The notes under the pieces: generated by a model
Database searches by the model: none
The model's input: only the letters and a program-made list of their open reading frames with translations
Told to the model about the DNA's origin: nothing
Assembly (NCBI GenBank): GCA_006227085.1
Contig: SBFY01000188.1
Span: 1 to 34,789 of the forward strand
Source of the DNA: Gammaproteobacteria bacterium
GTDB taxonomy: Bacteria > Pseudomonadota > Gammaproteobacteria > Pseudomonadales > M0112
Length of the DNA: 34,789 nucleotides
Direction of reading: 5' to 3'
Translations under genes and position numbers: made by a program
Part shown: positions 29,123 through 34,789 of the stretch, piece by piece
How positions within the stretch are numbered: position 1 is the first letter of the stretch
Layout: every line of letters begins with the position of its first letter

Positions 29123-30406
29123 TTATCCTTTATTTTGTTCAAACGGGATGTGGTAGCGGGCGCGATAAGCACCGAGCTCGGCTTCGACCTGTTCCCCGCT
29201 CAAACCGAAATCGGCGAGTGAATAGTCGTGCTTGCCATGCTTGTGCTGGCGGTTTTTCTCGAGCCAGGCCTGCATGGCAGACCAGGTGGCATCGGTCAAC
29301 GGGCGGCCGATGAAGGCATAAATGCGCTCCATGCTGCCACGCAGGTCAGTGTTGATATCGTGATACTGGATGTCTATTTGCTGTTCAGCCGGAATGCGCT
29401 CACGAATACGCGCGGTTTTGTCGACCATCCAGCGGGTCTTATGCAGCCAGTCGCGGCCAATGAAGTGCGGGTCGATATGGTCAGTATCGCGCACCATCGC
29501 ATTCCAGACTGTGCTGCACACGCTGCCCACGGCAGCCTGCGGGTCACGGTGTGAGCAGATGATTTTGGCCTGCGGGAACACGGTCATCAGGCAATCGAGA
29601 TCGGCCATGTGTTGCGGGGTTTTCAGGATCCACGGTTGCTGCACGTAATTTGGGTCACGCTGTTCGCGGAACCACTCCAGCAGCTTGAGCATCTTCACCA
29701 GGTATTCGTACACGAAGGTCTGGTCGTGTTCCATGATGTATTGGCCGAATGAAGGTATGCGCTTCATCGCCTCGTGAATCTGGCTGCCGAAGGCGTGCTC
29801 CATCGGGCCCAGTTCCTCTTCCACTTCCAGCGCGCCCAAGGGGTGCACGGCGGCGATTTGCGGGCCCATCCACAACACGATCTTGAGGGCTTGCTCGATG
29901 TTGGTCTGGCGCGGATCGGGTTCACCGGCTGGCGTGGTGAAACTCTCCGGCCACGGCACCGGATACACCGACTCCCAGCTGTGCAGGCAACTGAACCCGC
30001 TATCGCAGGCCAGCAGGCGATGCAGGCGGGTGGTACCGGTACGGGCAAGACCCACGATCACGACCGGCGGCAACAATTCCCGCTGCAGGATTTCCGGGTG
30101 CTGCTTGAACAGCGCCTCAGCCCAGAGGCGATCCTTGAACACCCGGATAAACGATTGCCGGGTCAGGTAGCGGCCAATCGGGTTCAAATCCGCTTCAGTT
30201 TCGATGGCCTGCAGCAAGAAGCGTAATTGCGGCCAGAAGGGTTCAGTGCCGAGATCTTCCAGCCCCGTGGCTTTACGGGCAGCGGCGATGAGGCTTGCCT
30301 CAGAGAGGTCGGCCTTGCCGAGGCCGAGCGGCCACAACAGGCGCAGCAGGCCATTGATGAGGCGCATGGGCAGGCGGTGATAGGCAGTCGCCGGGGGTAA
30401 TGCCAT
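29123..30406 (-). CDS. Sulfotransferase family protein (mycobacterial Stf-like)
   Basis: PAPS-loop IVGLARTGTTRLHRLL, WILKTPQH, HRDP...VGSVCS, YSLADFGL. Start placed at MALPP; the longer ORF overlaps the next gene. Confidence 0.88.
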   Translation of the reverse strand: MALPPATAYHRLPMRLINGLLRLLWPLGLGKADLSEASLIAAARKATGLEDLGTEPFWPQLRFLLQAIETEADLNPIGRYLTRQSFIRVFKDRLWAEALFKQHPEILQRELLPPVVIVGLARTGTTRLHRLLACDSGFSCLHSWESVYPVPWPESFTTPAGEPDPRQTNIEQALKIVLWMGPQIAAVHPLGALEVEEELGPMEHAFGSQIHEAMKRIPSFGQYIMEHDQTFVYEYLVKMLKLLEWFREQRDPNYVQQPWILKTPQHMADLDCLMTVFPQAKIICSHRDPQAAVGSVCSTVWNAMVRDTDHIDPHFIGRDWLHKTRWMVDKTARIRERIPAEQQIDIQYHDINTDLRGSMERIYAFIGRPLTDATWSAMQAWLEKNRQHKHGKHDYSLADFGLSGEQVEAELGAYRARYHIPFEQNKG

Positions 30407-30475
30407 GAGGCATCCTGTTATTGTTTTTTCGCCAGCATATCGGCCACGGCCTGCGAATGGAATTACAATCTGGCT

Positions 30476-31390
30476 ATGAAACATGCCTCCCGCCAGAAAC
30501 TGTTCGACGCCCTGCAAAAGGTGGAAACCGCCGGCCTGCCGCCGGACAAGGCCATCGCCCTGCTGCCGGCCAGCGGCAGCTCGGAACAGGTACTGACGCT
30601 GACCGCCCTGCAAAAGCTGCTGAAGCAGGACATGACCCTGTCAGAAGCAGCCCTCAAGAGCGGCCTGTTCGAACCCCATGAAGTCGGCCTGATCCGCATC
30701 GGCGAGAAACGCGGCAAATTGCTGGAAACCTACAGCTGGCTGGCACGCCATTACGGCAACCTTAATGGCCGCTGGCAGGAACTGTATAGCGCCCTGCGAC
30801 TGCCATTGATCGTCTGGGTCGTTGGCACGGCATTCCTCAAGTTAATGGTATTAACCAAGGGCGGGATCGGTGCCGGTGGCTTCATCGGCCTGCTGCTGAT
30901 ACCCGTGGCCAGCCTGCTCGCTGCCCGGGGCTTTTACAGCCAGTACGCCAATCGCGCCCTGCCACCATGGGCGACGGAGCTGTTGCTGAAGATCCCCGGC
31001 TTGCGTGAACAGTTACGCCAATACCATGAAGCCGTGTTTTGCCATCACCTGGGCATCGCACTGGAGGCCGGCCTGCCACTGCCCGAAGCCGTGGGCATTG
31101 CCATTCATGGCATCGGCAACCCGCGCATCCGCGAATCCTTTGGCACCATCGAAAGCGCGGTGGAATCCGGCAGCACACTCAGTGACGCGGTGAGCTTCAG
31201 TGACGCCATCAGCCGCCCCGAAGGCACTACCGCTATCGGCACCGGTGAATCCACCGGAAAATTGCCGGAAGCACTCAGTAACTACGCACGCAAACTCGCC
31301 AATGCCAACGACAGCCAATGGGATGCCATTGCCAGTCGCGTGGCGCCACTTGCCTGGACGATCGTGATCCTGGTGTTACTGCTGGCGTAG
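30476..31390 (+). CDS. Type II secretion system F / PilC family platform protein (orphan)
   Basis: Two T2SSF-like repeats (AGLP...A, G.TLS.A, IGEKRGKL / TGESTGKLPEAL) separated by TM segments. Confidence 0.8.
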   Translation: MKHASRQKLFDALQKVETAGLPPDKAIALLPASGSSEQVLTLTALQKLLKQDMTLSEAALKSGLFEPHEVGLIRIGEKRGKLLETYSWLARHYGNLNGRWQELYSALRLPLIVWVVGTAFLKLMVLTKGGIGAGGFIGLLLIPVASLLAARGFYSQYANRALPPWATELLLKIPGLREQLRQYHEAVFCHHLGIALEAGLPLPEAVGIAIHGIGNPRIRESFGTIESAVESGSTLSDAVSFSDAISRPEGTTAIGTGESTGKLPEALSNYARKLANANDSQWDAIASRVAPLAWTIVILVLLLA

Positions 31391-31463
31391 GCGAGCCGGC
31401 ATTCCCAGCCATCTTCATTCGCAAACCAGCGGATGACTGTTCGCAACCCGATCGTGCTGGCAT

Positions 31464-31503
31464 AAAAAAACCGGGCTGGTAAGGAGACCTACCAACCCGG
31501 TTT
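31464..31503 (-). terminator. Intrinsic terminator (luxR and/or the candidate sRNA)
   Basis: CCGGGTTGGTA-GGTCTCCT-TACCAGCCCGG-TTTTTTT on the minus strand. Confidence 0.85.
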
Positions 31504-31535
31504 CAGGTTTGAGCGTACATGCCACTGTCACTCAT
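31464..31535 (-). ncRNA. Candidate quorum-sensing-induced small RNA (~72 nt) in the luxR 3' region
   Basis: Bounded by a lux-box/-10 promoter and a U7 terminator. The 5' hairpin UGAGUG-ACA/UGU-A-CGCUCA and the terminator stem each contain a G-U pair that only works on the minus strand. Confidence 0.55.
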
Positions 31536-31540
31536 GATTG

Positions 31541-31586
31541 ATTCTAGTCTCACATTGGCAACCTACAACTACCATGATTGGTAGCG
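31541..31586 (-). promoter_or_regulatory. lux-box-like site (31567-31586) plus -10 element TAGAAT (31541-31546)
   Basis: Minus strand CGCTACCAATCATGGTAGTT fits NNCT-N12-AGNN and is 16/20 identical to the box at 32511. Exactly 20 nt separate it from TAGAAT. Confidence 0.7.
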
Positions 31587-31626
31587 TCAGCCCGCATATG
31601 CAAGAAAAATTGCACTGGGTGTAAAA

Positions 31627-32475
31627 CTATTGGATCAATCGCAGTTCCTGCGCGATTTTTGCCAAGGCATGTCCGGATGCGCGCGGTTGTTTGAGAATGC
31701 GACGAACTTGCTTGAGATGGAAATGCACCGTTTCAGGTTCAACCCGCAAATCCCTGGCAACACTCTTGGCGGTTGCCGATGCACTGCGGGCAAAAATCCG
31801 CAACACATTAGCCTGCTTGTCTGTCAGCGTTAACCCATGCTCACCATCGACCGTGACGGATTTGATGCAGAAATCACAACCCAGCGTGTTATCGATGATG
31901 GCATCCATAATCACTGACAAGGCATACAAGCCCTTGTACACAGCATCCGTCACCTTGATTTCCGAGCGCCCCTCATTGGCACAGCTGATAAAAATGGCAT
32001 GGCTCTCGGAACCGAATGCGAAATAAACCCCATCATGCACACCATGCTGTTCAGCCAAGGCATACACCGAAAGGTACTTGTTTTTAAGGCTTTCATTAGT
32101 GGCCATGTCCAGGCTGGCCTGCAAGGCATCCCGCCAGGTGCCGTACCGCACCCGGCCATTCTCATGGCCCAACTGGCTCGCCAATAACACCGGGTCATGA
32201 TGGAAAAGTTTTTTCTCGCGGTAAGTTGCTTCCCAGTCTTTTGAGAAATTACTCATGGAATGACTGTAGGTGGCCAGTTTCAACTCGCCCAACAGATCCT
32301 CGCGCCAGAAAGTGAATCGCCCATAACGAAACCCCAACTGGTCAACCGCGCCGAAAAAGGCATCGCTGGCTCGCTGGATACAGCTCCGGCTCTGTTTCCC
32401 GCAATGACCCTGATGCAAGGGCAGCAAACTGACGATTCCCGCCAACGCGCCGTAATCAGGTCCCGGAGGATTCAT
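31627..32475 (-). CDS. LuxR-family regulator with an autoinducer-binding domain and a C-terminal HTH
   Basis: W...Y (DWEATY), DP (HDPV), W (GTW) and G (HDG) match AHL-pocket residues. LTDKQ..VL...TVHFHLKQV forms the HTH. Divergent from a luxI homolog; the exact start is uncertain. Confidence 0.85.
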   Translation of the reverse strand: MNPPGPDYGALAGIVSLLPLHQGHCGKQSRSCIQRASDAFFGAVDQLGFRYGRFTFWREDLLGELKLATYSHSMSNFSKDWEATYREKKLFHHDPVLLASQLGHENGRVRYGTWRDALQASLDMATNESLKNKYLSVYALAEQHGVHDGVYFAFGSESHAIFISCANEGRSEIKVTDAVYKGLYALSVIMDAIIDNTLGCDFCIKSVTVDGEHGLTLTDKQANVLRIFARSASATAKSVARDLRVEPETVHFHLKQVRRILKQPRASGHALAKIAQELRLIQ

Positions 32476-32510
32476 GGCATGTCTCGCTTATATAGTTATT
32501 TTGACTAACA

Positions 32511-32530
32511 AACTACCAAACATGATAGTT
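32511..32530 (+). promoter_or_regulatory. lux-box-like 20-bp imperfect palindrome between luxR and luxI
   Basis: AACTACCAAACATGATAGTT has 7 of 10 positions palindromic, fits CT-N12-AG, and ends 73 bp upstream of the luxI ATG. Confidence 0.75.
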
Positions 32531-32603
32531 ACTGCAATGTTGCCTTGGTGGTGTCATTCATTGGGTTTAACCACATGACTCACAACCAACAAGGAGACAC
32601 CAA

Positions 32604-33269
32604 ATGAGCGCTAAACATTATAGTGTGATTATCAATGCCGCCCCAAGCATTAATCCGGAACTCATGACCCGCTTCGGTCAGCTTCGCTACCAGTGCTTTG
32701 ATGCCAATGACCCCAATGTGAACATGGATCATTTCCGTCGCACTGAACTGGATCACTTTGACCGGATGGATGACACAACCTGCATCATGGTGATCGCAAC
32801 GGAAAATAGCCGCCAGGAACTGGTCAGCGCCATGCGCCTGCGTCCAACCACCAGTGACTACGAACTGGAAATGGATTCCTATCGCTACCTGACCGAAGGC
32901 GTTTCCCTGCCGAAAAGCAGCACTATCATGGAAGGCAGTCGCTGGGTAGGTCGCAGCAGCCGCACCCCTGAAGGCATGGTCAGCACCGGCATGCTGATGA
33001 ATGCGCTATACCGCTACTGTCTTACACTCGGTGTAAAAAATATCATTGGAACCATCTCGACCAAAAGCGAGCACTGGCTAGGGAAACGTGCAGCCTCTGC
33101 GCAGCGGGAGAGCAACCCGTATTACTCGCAACGCGATGACCTGACTATCATGATTTCAAACATCGCCCTTGACCAAACCTTCCTCCACGCGGCCAACCAT
33201 TTACTGAACCAGGGCCTCGGTCATTTCGACATCACCGAGCTTGAACTGGCCACGAAAAAAGCCGCATAA
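32604..33269 (+). CDS. LuxI-family acyl-homoserine-lactone synthase (atypical)
   Basis: LRYQCF, ELDHFD, SAMRLRPT and EGSRW match the LuxI R-F-E-D-D-R-E-S-R framework. AAGGAG RBS. Confidence 0.82.
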   Translation: MSAKHYSVIINAAPSINPELMTRFGQLRYQCFDANDPNVNMDHFRRTELDHFDRMDDTTCIMVIATENSRQELVSAMRLRPTTSDYELEMDSYRYLTEGVSLPKSSTIMEGSRWVGRSSRTPEGMVSTGMLMNALYRYCLTLGVKNIIGTISTKSEHWLGKRAASAQRESNPYYSQRDDLTIMISNIALDQTFLHAANHLLNQGLGHFDITELELATKKAA

Positions 33270-33275
33270 AAATAG

Positions 33276-33317
33276 CGGGAATAAAAAAACCGCCTGCGGG
33301 CGGTTTTTTTATTCCCG
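33276..33317. terminator. Bidirectional intrinsic terminator between luxI and the P450
   Basis: Perfect 19-bp inverted repeat CGGGAATAAAAAAACCGCC-TGCG-GGCGGTTTTTTTATTCCCG, giving a U7 tract on both strands. Confidence 0.92.
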
Positions 33318-33326
33318 GACCTTGGA

Positions 33327-34703
33327 TTAACGCAAGGCCAACTCGATCGGCATGTTGTCGGAAGGCTTCGGCAGCGGGAAGGTCTGCATGAACACATCCG
33401 GATCCTTGTGCTTCGCCACAAAGTCATACTTGAGCAGGAACTTGTGCAGGAAGCACTTGTACTCCATCTGCGAGAAATGCATGCCAATGCACTTGTGCGC
33501 ACCACCACCAAACGGGTGGAACTGGAAAGCATGCTTCTTGTGCTCGGAACGCTCGGGTGAGAAACGGTCCGGGTCGAACTTGAACGGCTCAGTCCAGTAT
33601 TCTTCCATCCAGTGGGTGAAGCGCGGCATGGTGAACACCATGGTATGCGCCGGCACTTTCACGCCCGCCATTTCCACTTCACGGATGGTACGGCGCGGCA
33701 CCGATGGCACCGACGGACGAATGCGCTGCACTTCATTGAACACTTGCTGCATGTACGGCACGCGGTCGAGGTCTTCGTAATCCAGCGTGTCCTTGCCGAG
33801 GGCCACGCATTCCTCATACAGCTTCTGCTTGATTTCGGGGTGACGCGCGAGGTAGTAAATCGTGTGCGTGATCGCTGCGGTGGTCGTGTCGTGTGCGGCA
33901 AACAACAGGAAGATCATCTGGTTGCGGATGTCTTCATCCGAGAAGTAATTGCCCTGCTCGTCTTTTTCACGACAGAAATGGCTCAGCATGTCCTTGCCAT
34001 CACCGGCGCGACGTTCCGGCACCAGCGCACCGATGCTGCTTTCGAGGAAATCACGCCCCTTCAAACCCTTGTGGTAGGCAAAACCCGGCAGGTTGATCGG
34101 CAGGATGTACATGATGCCATCCACGCAATCGATAAAGCCCTGGCTCAGCTTCTGCACCCGCTCGCCACGTTCCTGGATGCCGATGAACACCTCGGCTGCG
34201 ACTTCCAACAGCAGGTTCTTGATGTTCATGAAGAACTGGGTTTCCTGCCCGACGGAGGCCTGCCACTCATCCATGGCGCGGTCGTAAATACGGTTGATCT
34301 CTTTGGTGTAGTGCTTGAGCGATTCATTCTTGAAAGCGGTCTGGGCAATGCGGCGCTGGAACTTGTGGTGCTCGAAATCTTCCATGATCAGGCTGCCGCG
34401 GAAGAAGGTAGCGACCCGCTGGTGGAAGCCCATCTTGGAGGAAAAATCCTTGCCCGGATCCAGCATGATTTGCTGGGCCAGGTCCGGCCCAAGGCACAGC
34501 AGGCCCTTGGTGCCATAGGTGCTGACGCGGGAAATGGGGCCAAATTGCTTGTAGCGCTCCTGGGCGAAGGGCAGCGGGTCCTTCAGGTACTGGAAGCTGT
34601 GGCCAAAAAACGGCATACCCCAGTCACCCGGCAGGTGATCGAGCTTGGTGTTGTTCGGCTCGTGGATGTAATCGTCATAGTTGGTGACTTCAGGAGCGGC
34701 CAT
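33327..34703 (-). CDS. Cytochrome P450 (resembles CYP136-like enzymes; family not confirmed)
   Basis: I-helix FAAHDTT, EVQR (ExxR), FDPDRF and heme motif FGGGAHKCIG. Start placed at MAAPEV after GAAGG. Confidence 0.93.
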   Translation of the reverse strand: MAAPEVTNYDDYIHEPNNTKLDHLPGDWGMPFFGHSFQYLKDPLPFAQERYKQFGPISRVSTYGTKGLLCLGPDLAQQIMLDPGKDFSSKMGFHQRVATFFRGSLIMEDFEHHKFQRRIAQTAFKNESLKHYTKEINRIYDRAMDEWQASVGQETQFFMNIKNLLLEVAAEVFIGIQERGERVQKLSQGFIDCVDGIMYILPINLPGFAYHKGLKGRDFLESSIGALVPERRAGDGKDMLSHFCREKDEQGNYFSDEDIRNQMIFLLFAAHDTTTAAITHTIYYLARHPEIKQKLYEECVALGKDTLDYEDLDRVPYMQQVFNEVQRIRPSVPSVPRRTIREVEMAGVKVPAHTMVFTMPRFTHWMEEYWTEPFKFDPDRFSPERSEHKKHAFQFHPFGGGAHKCIGMHFSQMEYKCFLHKFLLKYDFVAKHKDPDVFMQTFPLPKPSDNMPIELALR

Positions 34704-34749
34704 GGCAAACCTTCTGCTTGTTATTGTGGAAACCTGCCACATTAAAGCA

Positions 34750-34775
34750 CAAAGCCGGGAATTTGCCCGGCTTTG
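34750..34775 (-). terminator. Hairpin, probable terminator of a gene beyond the window
   Basis: CAAAGCCGGG-AATTTG-CCCGGCTTTG, a perfect 10-bp stem. Confidence 0.5.
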
Positions 34776-34789
34776 GGGGTTAAAACTGG

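Noticed and set aside
30407-30613. Longer start for the sulfotransferase
   Set aside because: It overlaps the divergent PilC-like gene. MALPP at 30406 has AGGA and an A-rich leader.
33612-34745. 377-aa plus-strand ORF
   Set aside because: Antisense shadow of the P450.

Overview
A gammaproteobacterial chromosomal window of roughly 55-60% GC (by eye). Left to right it carries: the 3' end of ygfZ; a ~490-bp decayed palindrome of GGA-loop hairpins centred on a REP-like hairpin; ung; a truncated globin; rsuA; a DUF3604-like protein with a translationally coupled membrane protein; a complete coenzyme F420 cluster (npdG-cofE-cofD-cofC-fbiC); an SDR; an RCC1-repeat lipoprotein; a lemA/M48 protease/CPA2 antiporter/USP/MarC run; an APC permease; a sigma32-type hsp20; a lipoprotein + 1736-aa lipase-RTX pair spanning an AT-rich patch; a sulfotransferase/DUF1214-like pair; an orphan PilC/GspF; a divergent, atypical luxR/luxI pair; and a P450. 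The best candidate for an undescribed system is in the quorum-sensing locus. There are two near-identical 20-bp lux-box-like sites. The second lies downstream of luxR at the canonical -42.5 spacing from a TAGAAT -10. It would drive a ~72-nt two-hairpin RNA whose terminator arm is complementary to the luxI ribosome-binding region, which suggests an sRNA negative-feedback loop. All family assignments come from motif recognition, not database searches.
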